Assembly: GCA_947632545.1 (NCBI GenBank)
Contig: CANRPP010000002.1
Coordinates: forward strand, 2,057-66,056
From: an uncultured Bacilli bacterium
GTDB taxonomy: Bacteria > Bacillota_I > Bacilli_A > RF39 > UBA660
Reading direction: 5' to 3'
DNA length: 64,000 nt
Positions 9,241 to 18,537 of this stretch are shown here, piece after piece (the first letter of the stretch is position 1; every line of letters starts with the position of its first letter). Under the pieces are notes generated by a model, which was not told the origin of the DNA, searched no databases, and saw only the letters and a list, made by a program, of their open reading frames with translations. A program made the position numbers and the translations under genes.

Positions 9241-11097
9241 CTATTTATTAATCTTATAATAAACTAATCTAGAAGTATTTTTCCAATTATATTGTTGCCA
9301 CATATTTGAAGAATCACTAGCTGGATCCATCATAATTACATCTTTTCCATTTACAGTATCTATTGCAACCCAGTGTTGTCCTGTATTTCCTTTTACTTCT
9401 GCAACAACAGCATAACCATTATTTACTAATTCACCTATTTTAGAAAGTTTATCTGATTTAGAATAATTAGCTACTGATATATTCTCACCATATACAAAAC
9501 TTGGTGCTATTTCTGAAACTTTATTCCATAATAAATTTGCTCCACTAAAGCCATTAATTTTATTCATTGCTTTAACAAATGTACCTGGATTAAATTCTCC
9601 TTCTACATTTGTACTTACACCAGCTTTAGCAATTAACATTGCAATTGAAGTTGCTAAACATCCAGATTTACCTATTGTATGTGAACTTGTACCTAGATAT
9701 ATTCCTGACCAACTTTGTCCTGATTGTAACCATTTTGCATAATCTCCTGTTGCTTGATTACAATTATTATTTCCACTACCAGTACAATTCATAGAGACAA
9801 TCTTTGCTGCTCCTGAACTTCTATAATGTTGTAATAAAATTTGATTATAATCTAGACCACTTTTAGCCATAGAGTTCCATTTAATCTGAACTGATTGTGC
9901 ATAATCCGTATTTACTATATAACCATTATTATCAACTACAACTTGCCCTGCAGTCTCTGCAACCCATTGACGAACTTTACTATTTTGAGGTAATTTAGGT
10001 TTTTTAGCACCACATTTAGTTGAAGGATAACCTCTATCCGGATCACAATAAGTTTGATCATTTACACTATTTCTTAATTGAAGTATCCATTGACCATTTT
10101 CTTTTGATAATTTAGTACCATTAGAATTTCCCATTACTGATGGTCTAGATAATGCATAACTTCTTGCTGCTATCGCTTGAGCCTTTGTATCAGCTTCTTC
10201 TCCAACATGCTCTTGATACGTAGTTCCTAATATATATTTTTCAAAATCTACTAATGGCTCGTTAGGTACAGGAGCAGTACCATTTTCATTCATGAGTCTT
10301 ACTTTTAAATTAGAAATATCCATATTTTGTTTATATATTTTAGATTCATTTCTAAAACCAGGAACTGTATATAAGCAACTTCCTATAACACCACAGGCAT
10401 TTTCTTCTTCTTCTTTTTCTTCTTCTTGTTGTTCATCTATTGCAACTACTGCCATTAGTAAACCTAAAATGAAAAAAAATATTATTGAAACTGCTATTAC
10501 TATTATTTTAGTTTTCGGATTTTTTAAAAAGCCAGTTCCTCCAACTGTTCCTGACATATCAACTTCTTGTTCATTTTCACTTGAATCACTTGAATCATCT
10601 ATAGAGTTTGTGGAAGATTTTGATTTTTTTCCACCTCCACCTGGTAACATTCCACCTGATGATTTATTCTTGTCACTTGAGTTAGCTGCAGAATTTCCCA
10701 TTTCATTTAAAGAATTTGCTCCTGCTGATGATCCATTTTGACCTCCAGCTCCTAAAGACATAGCTTTATCTGCGGCATCTAAAGCTCCAGCATCATCTAA
10801 CTTTTTTGCAGTTTTACCAAATTTACCACCAGTTAGTCTATTGGCAGTTTTACCAAGTTTTTCTTCGGCTTTATCTAGCTTTTTACCAACGCCTGGTATT
10901 TTTTTGGCCTTATCATATATTTGACCACCTTTACCGGCTGTAAAATAATTAAGAGCAGCTTTTCCTGCAACTCCAGCTGCTTTTTTACTACTTTCATCTT
11001 CCTTGTTTTTTTGATCATTTTTGACTGCTCTATAGGAATTTTCATTTTCTGAACTATTAGATGAATTTTCGTTTTTATTATTATCTAATTGTGGCAT
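9241..11097 (-). CDS. T4SS-associated cell-wall hydrolase (VirB1/CwlT analogue): SpoIID/LytB-like domain plus papain-like Cys peptidase (CHAP/C39-like) domain
   Basis: Low-complexity Gly/Ser/Lys-rich N-terminus and a transmembrane segment. SpoIID-like signature EEADTKAQAIAARSYAL. C-terminal GKSGCLATSIAMLIAKAG ... GQHWVAID, consistent with a Cys/His catalytic dyad. Confidence 0.6.
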   Translation of the reverse strand: MPQLDNNKNENSSNSSENENSYRAVKNDQKNKEDESSKKAAGVAGKAALNYFTAGKGGQIYDKAKKIPGVGKKLDKAEEKLGKTANRLTGGKFGKTAKKLDDAGALDAADKAMSLGAGGQNGSSAGANSLNEMGNSAANSSDKNKSSGGMLPGGGGKKSKSSTNSIDDSSDSSENEQEVDMSGTVGGTGFLKNPKTKIIVIAVSIIFFFILGLLMAVVAIDEQQEEEKEEEENACGVIGSCLYTVPGFRNESKIYKQNMDISNLKVRLMNENGTAPVPNEPLVDFEKYILGTTYQEHVGEEADTKAQAIAARSYALSRPSVMGNSNGTKLSKENGQWILQLRNSVNDQTYCDPDRGYPSTKCGAKKPKLPQNSKVRQWVAETAGQVVVDNNGYIVNTDYAQSVQIKWNSMAKSGLDYNQILLQHYRSSGAAKIVSMNCTGSGNNNCNQATGDYAKWLQSGQSWSGIYLGTSSHTIGKSGCLATSIAMLIAKAGVSTNVEGEFNPGTFVKAMNKINGFSGANLLWNKVSEIAPSFVYGENISVANYSKSDKLSKIGELVNNGYAVVAEVKGNTGQHWVAIDTVNGKDVIMMDPASDSSNMWQQYNWKNTSRLVYYKINK

Positions 11098-11117
11098 TAG
11101 TAATCACCTGCTTTTTA

Positions 11118-12908
11118 CTATAGTCCTCCACCACTACCAAATGAATCTAATTCATCTTTAGTAACAGTTATATTAATTCTCATACGCCTATTTCCACATA
11201 CAAATAAGGCTTCACCTTGAGAATAACTTTTTATACTTTCTTTTTCACTATCATTTAAATCTATTAACAAACCTAAATCTTCTACAGCTTGTTTTCTTAA
11301 TCCCATAATTAAATAGTATGACGCATTATCAAAGATTGCTTTACCTTGTGTAATAATTTCTTGAGATGCAAAATCACTTGGTTGTTGAGTTATGATTATA
11401 GTACCTGTATTATATTTACGAGCACGTCTTTGTACTTGTGCTAAAAAGTCTGCTCCTAGGCTATTATGATCACCTAGTAATACATGTGCTTCATCAATCA
11501 TAAGGATTGTATCAACTGTTGGATCAAGACATAATCCCCAAGCATATTTTAAAACATTAAAGAATAAAGCATTTTTAACATTAGAATCACTATTCATTAA
11601 TTCTTTTATATTAAATACCATAAAATCACTATTTTGATTTATAGTTGTATGTCCATCAAAGTAAAATTTTAATTCTTTTGTAATTGGTCTTACTTTTAAC
11701 TCAAGACGTTCCATAATATCCCTTTCTTGAGTTTGTTCTGTCATTGACATTAATTTACCTTTAATAGTTGCATAAACATCACTAAAAGTTGGATAATCTT
11801 CTGAAGTAAAACCAGAGAAATCTGTATTATAATCTATTCCAAATCTTTTATATGTATCTTGTACTATTTCACTAAACATCGTTAGTACATCTTCTTCAAT
11901 TGATGGATCATAGTATTTCATAAAGGCTTTTAAGAATTGTAAAGTTCTTGTAAGTACTGTATAACCTAGTCCTTGTTTTATTTCTTCTTCATCTGCATCT
12001 ATTACAACTTCAAGGGGATTTATTAATCCAAATTCTCCACCTTTACCAATATCTACTTGATCTCCACCAAAAGTTCTTGTAATTTCAGCAAGTTCATTTT
12101 CTGGATCTATTGCAACTATCTGGCATCTATTTCTAATATGTGTTCTAAGCATTAATTTAGCAGCTGTAGATTTACCTGAACCAGATGTACCTAAAATAAT
12201 CATATTAGCATTATTTCTATTATTTTCTTTTCTAATTTTATATAAAAATTGATTAAATAAAATTACTCCTCCAGAAAAATCAACACCAAGTAAGGTAGAA
12301 AGTCCTGGATCTTTTATACTATCAAATATAAAAGGATACATTGCTGCTATAGTAACAGATGGTATAGGAGTTCCAATACGTTCTTCTATATCTTGAGATG
12401 GGAATATTGGTAAAATTGATTTTAATACTTTTTCTTGTTCAAATCTTAATGATACAGCACGTAAATCCATAGCGTCTAAATAGTTTTTGACATTTACTTT
12501 TTTAAGTTCTAATTCTTCTTTAGTATCAGCAGTAATCATAATGTGCATTTGAAAATCAAAAATACGTGCTTGTGATGCTGCTAACATTGAAATAAAATAT
12601 TCCAAACTTTCATAATCTTGTCTAATTCTTTCTTTTGATGTTTGATCTTTTTCTTTAGTATATCTTTCTTTTAAATCAGCAACTTGTTTATTTAACATTT
12701 TAGAAATCATACTAAATGGTACAGGAATATGTTTTACAACTATTTTTATTCCAGACATACTTGTTAATGTAGATAAATATCCCGGACTAATATATCTAGG
12801 ATATGATACAACTGTTAAGATTGTTGCATATTTATCACTTATAAAGAAATCACTTGGACTAAAGTGAAGTCCTTTAGGAGCAATTTGTCCTCTAATACTT
12901 ATACTCAT
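11118..12908 (-). CDS. VirB4/TrbE/ConE-family T4SS ATPase (C-terminal 596 aa)
   Basis: Walker A GTSGSGKST, Walker B ILMIDEAHVL, overall VirB4 architecture. Start overlaps the stop of the upstream ORF (ATGA coupling). Confidence 0.85.
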   Translation of the reverse strand: MSISIRGQIAPKGLHFSPSDFFISDKYATILTVVSYPRYISPGYLSTLTSMSGIKIVVKHIPVPFSMISKMLNKQVADLKERYTKEKDQTSKERIRQDYESLEYFISMLAASQARIFDFQMHIMITADTKEELELKKVNVKNYLDAMDLRAVSLRFEQEKVLKSILPIFPSQDIEERIGTPIPSVTIAAMYPFIFDSIKDPGLSTLLGVDFSGGVILFNQFLYKIRKENNRNNANMIILGTSGSGKSTAAKLMLRTHIRNRCQIVAIDPENELAEITRTFGGDQVDIGKGGEFGLINPLEVVIDADEEEIKQGLGYTVLTRTLQFLKAFMKYYDPSIEEDVLTMFSEIVQDTYKRFGIDYNTDFSGFTSEDYPTFSDVYATIKGKLMSMTEQTQERDIMERLELKVRPITKELKFYFDGHTTINQNSDFMVFNIKELMNSDSNVKNALFFNVLKYAWGLCLDPTVDTILMIDEAHVLLGDHNSLGADFLAQVQRRARKYNTGTIIITQQPSDFASQEIITQGKAIFDNASYYLIMGLRKQAVEDLGLLIDLNDSEKESIKSYSQGEALFVCGNRRMRINITVTKDELDSFGSGGGL

Positions 12909-13513
12909 GAAGTCATCACCGTCCCAAATTCAGTAGTACTGCCACCATTTAAGAAATTATCTAAAATTACTCTTAAATCATCATTACTAACTTGAGTAGA
13001 ATTTAAACCACATGTAGCAAGTCCATTTATTAATAATCTAATTTTCTTTTGAATTTTATCATCATCTTTTTCTTTAAATAAGAAGTAATACTCTGTATCA
13101 ACAACATTATTATTAATAAAAGTATTACATTTATCAATATCTTGTAATATTAATTTTCTAATAGCTTGATTATTAGTTGAATTTAATTCAAGTTGAAGTT
13201 GAGAAATATAAACAGAAATATCTACTGGTCTATCAGCAACTACTAACCAAAATTCAAAATCAATCATATTATAGAAATTTTTAAGTCTAAGCAAGACATT
13301 ATCTTGAGCATTAGCATCTAATATGAAAATATTTTTAGGAGTAATTTTTACACCTGATACTTTATTATTTCCATATGTTATAATAGTACTATTTTCAATT
13401 GCTTTAATTGGTAGCCAGTCTTCACTTGATCTTTTTATGTTTTTGCTTTTTGATTCCAAGTCCAATACACCATCCTTTCCATTCATATTTTCTTTGATTT
13501 TTAAAGAATTCAA
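12905..13513 (-). CDS. probable N-terminal domain of VirB4, encoded as a separate ORF
   Basis: Translationally coupled to the VirB4 ORF (202 + 596 = about 800 aa, typical VirB4 size). Its 5' end overlaps the VirB3-like ORF by about 90 nt in another frame. Confidence 0.4.
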   Translation of the reverse strand: MNSLKIKENMNGKDGVLDLESKSKNIKRSSEDWLPIKAIENSTIITYGNNKVSGVKITPKNIFILDANAQDNVLLRLKNFYNMIDFEFWLVVADRPVDISVYISQLQLELNSTNNQAIRKLILQDIDKCNTFINNNVVDTEYYFLFKEKDDDKIQKKIRLLINGLATCGLNSTQVSNDDLRVILDNFLNGGSTTEFGTVMTS

Positions 13514-13754
13514 TTAATTCTGAAATAACAATTAACATATTATGATAATATGGAACCGGCACTACTAGGAAACCTGTTACAAGTGCGGGCAATAATATTA
13601 ATATTGTAATTAATGTTGATGTCATTTGAATAGTTATTAAAAATATTAAAGTAATAAATATACCTGTACCAAACAATATTAAATCTATTGGTCTAAATAA
13701 ACCTAAAATTAGTTGTCCCTTTTTTGTATTGGCAGGGATTAAATAATTATTCAC
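13422..13754 (-). CDS. VirB3-like small membrane protein
   Basis: 110 aa with two hydrophobic helices, immediately upstream of VirB4, as expected for VirB3. Confidence 0.4.
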   Translation of the reverse strand: MNNYLIPANTKKGQLILGLFRPIDLILFGTGIFITLIFLITIQMTSTLITILILLPALVTGFLVVPVPYYHNMLIVISELIEFFKNQRKYEWKGWCIGLGIKKQKHKKIK

Positions 13755-13772
13755 TATATCACACTCCCTTTA

Positions 13773-15848
13773 TTAATCAAATTTACCTGGATTTAATGGA
13801 TCCCAGCTATTATCACGTTTTCTATCACGTACAGGGTGATCATTTCTATCTCTTATAACATTACCTTCATTATCATATACAATTTGTCCTCTACCTAGCA
13901 CTCTATCAGCCATAGATTGATGATCTGTACCATAATTAACTTTATTTCTTTTAGCCATAAATGGTCTTCTATATTGTTCTTCAAATGTTGGTTCAATACG
14001 ATGTTGTTCAGCAAATTTAGCGGCTTCTTCATAGTGATTTTTAGCCTTACCATAAGTTTTCTTTTGGTCTTCATATCTTTTATATAATTGATCTTGAATA
14101 TCAAATTTGCTAAGTTTGTTACCATCTTTATCCTTAATATAGAATTTTCCACTAGAATCCTTACCTGTTGTATAACCCATATTTTTATATTCTTGTCCAC
14201 CAAAGATATTGTTTAACTCTTCATCTGTCATTTGACCATTTCGTAATTTTTCAAGATCACCTTGTTTTCTAAATAATTCGTTTTCTTGTTCATACATATT
14301 ACCTTTAGCTTCTTCCAAGCCTGCATGAGTAACACCATATCTTTTACCTGCTTGTCTAATCATAGCGCCGCGAGTTAAATTATCATTTAATCTATTAACA
14401 ATTCCACCTTTAGCTTTTTCGTTTCCGGTTCTAATCTGGGCGGCTAAATCTCTTCCTGTACTCCAAGCTGGAGGAGCTTCTTTTCCTTGAGCTGATGCCA
14501 TAGCAGAGTTTTCTGAGGCATTAAGTCCTCCTGCTATTGCTCCTTTTAATCCTGCACCACCTACTAAAGAACCTGTTGCTCCTAATAATCCTGATAATCC
14601 AACATTTGACATCATACCCTTAAGTCCTAAAGCATCACGAATAAATTTTGGAGCCATTTTAGCAAAATAGAATAAACCAATTATTATAAATATTGTTGAT
14701 ATTATTCCGACAACACCATTAGCAATTGGAATATCTAATCCATTTTCACATATTTCTTGAACTAAGAATATTACAAAGTATATAATGGCTAATCTTATAA
14801 ATAAGTCAACATATGTTGATATTAATGCTTTAGTCCATGCTGCAAATGAACCATTTTCACTAGATTTTGGATCAACATAACTAATTATTGGAATTGGTGC
14901 TAATAACCTTAAAATTGCAAGTTTAATAGCCCTTATTGCAATATCAATACAATAACTAATTAATACAAGAAGTATTAAAATACCACATATAGTTGATACA
15001 ATAGGAAGATATGTAACTAGGTAGTATGGCTTACCATTCATAGGGCCATCACCACATTGTTCATATATAACATCTGTCCCAACAATATCATATATATCTT
15101 TACCATTATTATAAGCAGCTATTTTTTCTTGTTCATCATCACTATAATTAGGACTACATATATAATCATCATCAGTTATTGTCCCTTTATCTGCTGCACC
15201 ATCTTTTAAATTAATTCTTACAAATCCTTTTAATATAAAAACTGCGAGATCATTTGCTTGATTTATTATTGGATCCTCATCATCATCTTGATCTTCACTA
15301 ATTTTATATCTTTCAGTGTCATTACTAAATACTAATTTACCTAAAACATTACCTTTTAAAATTCTCTCTTGGAGTGAATACATTACACCAAAAAGTAATC
15401 CACTTTGATTTAAATGATAATTAAAACTTTTTACATTATTACTACTTTTAGCATTTTCAATTTCAGTTTGTGTTAGTGGAATATTCAAAGGTATTATTGC
15501 TGCAAACATAGCTAACATCATAACAATTCTTGTTATGATTTTACCCATTCCTTTTTTTTGATCAGTTAAATAATCAGGATTTATAACTGCTTGTAAGAGT
15601 GATATAGATAATTTAAATATCATAAAAACACCAATTATAAGCTGAACCCTACCATAGAAATCTTTTATAGTGTTGGATGAAAATATAGTAGTATCTGCAA
15701 TATTAAATAGTATTTTATAGACAACTGTAACTAATGAGTATACTCCCCAATCAATAAGTCCAAAAAATACTCTAAAGGCATCTACAAAAATATTAGGTTT
15801 ACTATGATTACTACTTAATGAAAAACCAATTTGCCACATCACTCTCAC
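13773..15848 (-). CDS. VirB6/TrbL-like polytopic membrane protein with C-terminal soluble extension
   Basis: 691 aa with 6 or more transmembrane helices in the N-terminal two-thirds and a Gly-rich linker (GLSGLLGATGSLVGGAGLKGAIAGG). Resembles Gram-positive VirB6 homologues (ConG/TcpH-like). Confidence 0.55.
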   Translation of the reverse strand: MRVMWQIGFSLSSNHSKPNIFVDAFRVFFGLIDWGVYSLVTVVYKILFNIADTTIFSSNTIKDFYGRVQLIIGVFMIFKLSISLLQAVINPDYLTDQKKGMGKIITRIVMMLAMFAAIIPLNIPLTQTEIENAKSSNNVKSFNYHLNQSGLLFGVMYSLQERILKGNVLGKLVFSNDTERYKISEDQDDDEDPIINQANDLAVFILKGFVRINLKDGAADKGTITDDDYICSPNYSDDEQEKIAAYNNGKDIYDIVGTDVIYEQCGDGPMNGKPYYLVTYLPIVSTICGILILLVLISYCIDIAIRAIKLAILRLLAPIPIISYVDPKSSENGSFAAWTKALISTYVDLFIRLAIIYFVIFLVQEICENGLDIPIANGVVGIISTIFIIIGLFYFAKMAPKFIRDALGLKGMMSNVGLSGLLGATGSLVGGAGLKGAIAGGLNASENSAMASAQGKEAPPAWSTGRDLAAQIRTGNEKAKGGIVNRLNDNLTRGAMIRQAGKRYGVTHAGLEEAKGNMYEQENELFRKQGDLEKLRNGQMTDEELNNIFGGQEYKNMGYTTGKDSSGKFYIKDKDGNKLSKFDIQDQLYKRYEDQKKTYGKAKNHYEEAAKFAEQHRIEPTFEEQYRRPFMAKRNKVNYGTDHQSMADRVLGRGQIVYDNEGNVIRDRNDHPVRDRKRDNSWDPLNPGKFD

Positions 15849-15874
15849 CTCGTTTCCTTTTTATTTTATTGTAA

Positions 15875-16315
15875 TTAGCAACTTGCACTATTAGTGGTAA
15901 GTCCAAATATACTTAATAATATACTTGTAATGGTTGGTACAAAGAATAATGCTGCTGCTGCTATTAATCTTTTTACAAATTTTGATTGAGCTTTTTTCAT
16001 ATTTTCATCATCAGAAGTTATTATTGCTTTTACCATATCAATACTTCCTAATACTACTGCAATAGTAGGTCCAAGAACCTTAATATAATTCAATACTTTT
16101 TGAATTAACCATGCAGTTGATGTTGAATCACTAACGTCACCAAAAATTGCATTATTAATACCACTGCAATTATTTATATCTATTGCTATATATGGAACAG
16201 CATCATTATAATCAATATTTTTAGCTTCAATATTAATGGGTACTAATAGCAAGATTGATGTAATTACTATAAATATTTTCTTACTCATTAATAACACTTC
16301 CTTACAATAACACAT
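15875..16315 (-). CDS. VirB2/TrbC-like pilin-like protein, paralogue 2 (signal peptide)
   Basis: Signal peptide plus C-terminal hydrophobic helix. Shares the SIDMVKAIITSDDENMKKAQSKFVKRLIAAAALFF motif with the upstream paralogue. Confidence 0.4.
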   Translation of the reverse strand: MCYCKEVLLMSKKIFIVITSILLLVPINIEAKNIDYNDAVPYIAIDINNCSGINNAIFGDVSDSTSTAWLIQKVLNYIKVLGPTIAVVLGSIDMVKAIITSDDENMKKAQSKFVKRLIAAAALFFVPTITSILLSIFGLTTNSASC

Positions 16316-16331
16316 ACTATTATAATTATAA

Positions 16332-16370
16332 CAAAAAAAAAAGTAAATAGCAATTATTATTGTTATTTAC
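16332..16370 (-). terminator. intrinsic terminator/attenuator between the two pilin-like paralogues
   Basis: On the minus strand: hairpin GTAAATAACAAT-AAT-AATTGCTATTTAC followed by TTTTTTTTTT. Confidence 0.5.
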
Positions 16371-16377
16371 CTTTTTA

Positions 16378-16719
16378 TTAAGCATCATTCCAGCATGTAA
16401 ACCAATTAGTTGAATCAACTTTAGTTTCAGTCTTACTTCCTTGTTGACTTTCACCTACAAGTTTCATCAATAGGTTTACTAAAAGTACTATAAAGAAAAT
16501 TGCTACTGCATATATACAACGCTTAATAAGTCTTGATTGTGCTGCCTTAACTTCTTTATCATCACTAGAAATTACAGCTTTTCCTAAATCAATTGTACCA
16601 AATAAAATCAATATTATAGGTATACCCCATTGTATAATAGTAAATACTGCTTTAACTAATTTAATAAGTGGCATCAAACTATTACAATAATTTATACCTA
16701 ATTGAAATAAATCTAACAT
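16378..16719 (-). CDS. VirB2/TrbC-like pilin-like protein, paralogue 1
   Basis: 113 aa with two hydrophobic helices and the motif TIDLGKAVISSDDKEVKAAQSRLIKRCIYAVAIFF. Strong promoter directly upstream. Confidence 0.4.
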   Translation of the reverse strand: MLDLFQLGINYCNSLMPLIKLVKAVFTIIQWGIPIILILFGTIDLGKAVISSDDKEVKAAQSRLIKRCIYAVAIFFIVLLVNLLMKLVGESQQGSKTETKVDSTNWFTCWNDA

Positions 16720-16744
16720 AAATACATCTCCTTTAACTAATATA

Positions 16745-16774
16745 ATTGTACATTATTTTATTACTATCTGTCAA
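16745..16774 (-). promoter_or_regulatory. sigma-A-type promoter upstream of the pilin-like gene
   Basis: On the minus strand: -35 TTGACA (16769..16774), 18-nt spacer, -10 TACAAT (16745..16750). Confidence 0.45.
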
Positions 16775-16795
16775 CAAAATTATTTTTACTTTACA

Positions 16796-17770
16796 TTATC
16801 GTTTAAATAAACCAAATATATTTTTACCATCACTTTTTTTAGCAGCAGTTGCATCACCTATTCCTAGTCTTCCTAGAAAATCATTAAGTATTACATTTTT
16901 CTTTCTTTCATCTAGTGGTGGTAAATTATAAAATACTTTTGAATTAGATTCATATTCAAATTCAGTAACATCTTTATTAGTTAATAAACTTTTATTTAAA
17001 ATGATTTTTTTACCTAGAAGTTTTTCAAAAATTCTTCTATTATTTTTTATTAATTTATTTAATTTAATAGAACTAGGTTCTATTAAATATATGACTTCAT
17101 CACAAATACTTTCATCTTTATAGTCATTTAAATCTATTAATACCATTTTAGCAGTATATATATCTCTTAATTTTGATTCAACATCCATTTCTCCAACAGA
17201 TATTAAATTTTTATCATTAAATACAGAAAAATCTTTTTTTCCTATTTCTATTCCATAAATATTAGGTCCAAACATATCAGTCAATTCTTTTTTTAACATG
17301 TATAACAAAGTGGTAGCCCCAGCATGTTCAGTAATATTTCTAATACCTAGAATTTTTATTCCGTTTGTAGTATTATTAATTCTTTCGGCTCCACCACTTA
17401 ATTGTTGAATATTTGCAACATCTTTATATTCATTTGGTTTAGCAATTAAATTTTTAATTGCATTAATATTATTAGTAAAATTATATACACCAATTGACAC
17501 TAAATCTGACAAATAATTTGACTGACATACATCATCTGTTAATACTAATATAAGTTTACTTTCACCTAATCCTATAGATATTTTTTTTATAGCATCTATA
17601 TTTTTATAGTTCTTTACGGCTGTAATATCAAGTATCATTTTATCATAAAAAAAGTCTTTGAACATAGCAACTAATTCATCTGCTTCATATTCACCAGTAA
17701 CATTTTTTATAACATCTATATCTAAGTTTGATAGAGTGCTACTTCTTTCGTTAGCTACTATTACATTCAA
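16796..17770 (-). CDS. TadZ/CpaE-like protein with degenerate P-loop (probably non-catalytic)
   Basis: N-terminal receiver-like region. A central segment ILGIRNITEHAGATTLLYML aligns with the MinD/ParA deviant Walker A (KGGxGKTT), but the invariant Lys is Ala. Position at the end of the Tad cluster. Confidence 0.35.
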   Translation of the reverse strand: MNVIVANERSSTLSNLDIDVIKNVTGEYEADELVAMFKDFFYDKMILDITAVKNYKNIDAIKKISIGLGESKLILVLTDDVCQSNYLSDLVSIGVYNFTNNINAIKNLIAKPNEYKDVANIQQLSGGAERINNTTNGIKILGIRNITEHAGATTLLYMLKKELTDMFGPNIYGIEIGKKDFSVFNDKNLISVGEMDVESKLRDIYTAKMVLIDLNDYKDESICDEVIYLIEPSSIKLNKLIKNNRRIFEKLLGKKIILNKSLLTNKDVTEFEYESNSKVFYNLPPLDERKKNVILNDFLGRLGIGDATAAKKSDGKNIFGLFKR

Positions 17771-17787
17771 AATATCACCTTCTTATA

Positions 17788-18249
17788 TTATTGACATGAG
17801 CTCGAACTATGGACTTCACTTCCTGGATTTTTACCATTATCTGGATTTATCGTAATTGTATCACCTGTAACAACCAAAAAATTTACACCTGCTATTTTAT
17901 TTAATATTGGTATATTCATTACAGAAGATGTTATTACTTTAAAATAACCAGAATTTTTTCTACCATTTTCTATCCATGCAACACAATATCCTGGCTGACT
18001 ACAATCAAAATTACATGGAACATTTGAAATTTTATCATTAGTATTATATCCTACTTCTTCCATGGCAGCAGTTATATCTGCCTTTGTTTCAGAATCAAAA
18101 GCCTCATGTTGCTCAAGTATTTTGATAATTTTATTTTTAACCCTAAAAGCCTTATTATAACTCACAGAAAAAGCAAGGTATCCACTTATAATAAGCATGA
18201 ATACACCTATAAACATAAGACTAAATATTCCACCTATTGAATCACGCAT
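17788..18249 (-). CDS. TadE-like pseudopilin/minor pilin candidate
   Basis: 153 aa with an N-terminal transmembrane helix; located directly downstream of the Flp-like pilin. Confidence 0.3.
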   Translation of the reverse strand: MRDSIGGIFSLMFIGVFMLIISGYLAFSVSYNKAFRVKNKIIKILEQHEAFDSETKADITAAMEEVGYNTNDKISNVPCNFDCSQPGYCVAWIENGRKNSGYFKVITSSVMNIPILNKIAGVNFLVVTGDTITINPDNGKNPGSEVHSSSSCQ

Positions 18250-18272
18250 ACACTATATTCTCCTATTGGAAT

Positions 18273-18467
18273 TTATTGATTGGGCCATTCTTGTGTTCCT
18301 TCATGGTCTGTAGAAACATTATCTATATCAGACCATTGACTATTAATTGAATTTTTAATTTGTGGCCATAAAACTGCTCCAAAAAAACCCATAACTAACG
18401 CTATAGCTACTATTGTAATTACTGTTAAATTTAATTCTCCAGTTGCTGCTTTCATATAGAAAAACAC
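18273..18467 (-). CDS. Flp-type (type IVb) pilin candidate
   Basis: 64 aa with a short polar leader (MFFYMKAATGE) followed by a single 22-aa hydrophobic helix. Sits between the TadC and TadE-like genes. Lacks the canonical Flp G/XXXXEY motif. Confidence 0.45.
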   Translation of the reverse strand: MFFYMKAATGELNLTVITIVAIALVMGFFGAVLWPQIKNSINSQWSDIDNVSTDHEGTQEWPNQ

Positions 18468-18489
18468 ATCCTTTCATATTATATATAAT

Positions 18490-18518
18490 TAGTATACCTC
18501 AAATATTAATAAATAACA
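18490..18518 (-). promoter_or_regulatory. promoter-like element upstream of the Flp-like pilin gene
   Basis: On the minus strand: -35 TTGTTA, 17-nt spacer, -10 TATACT, then GAAAGGATG ribosome-binding site. Confidence 0.35.
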
Positions 18519-18537
18519 ATATTTTTAATTTTTTATT

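Noticed and set aside
10292-10741. 149-aa plus-strand ORF antisense to the hydrolase gene
   Set aside because: It lies entirely within a well-supported minus-strand gene. Its composition is that of reverse-complemented low-complexity coding sequence. No ribosome-binding site.
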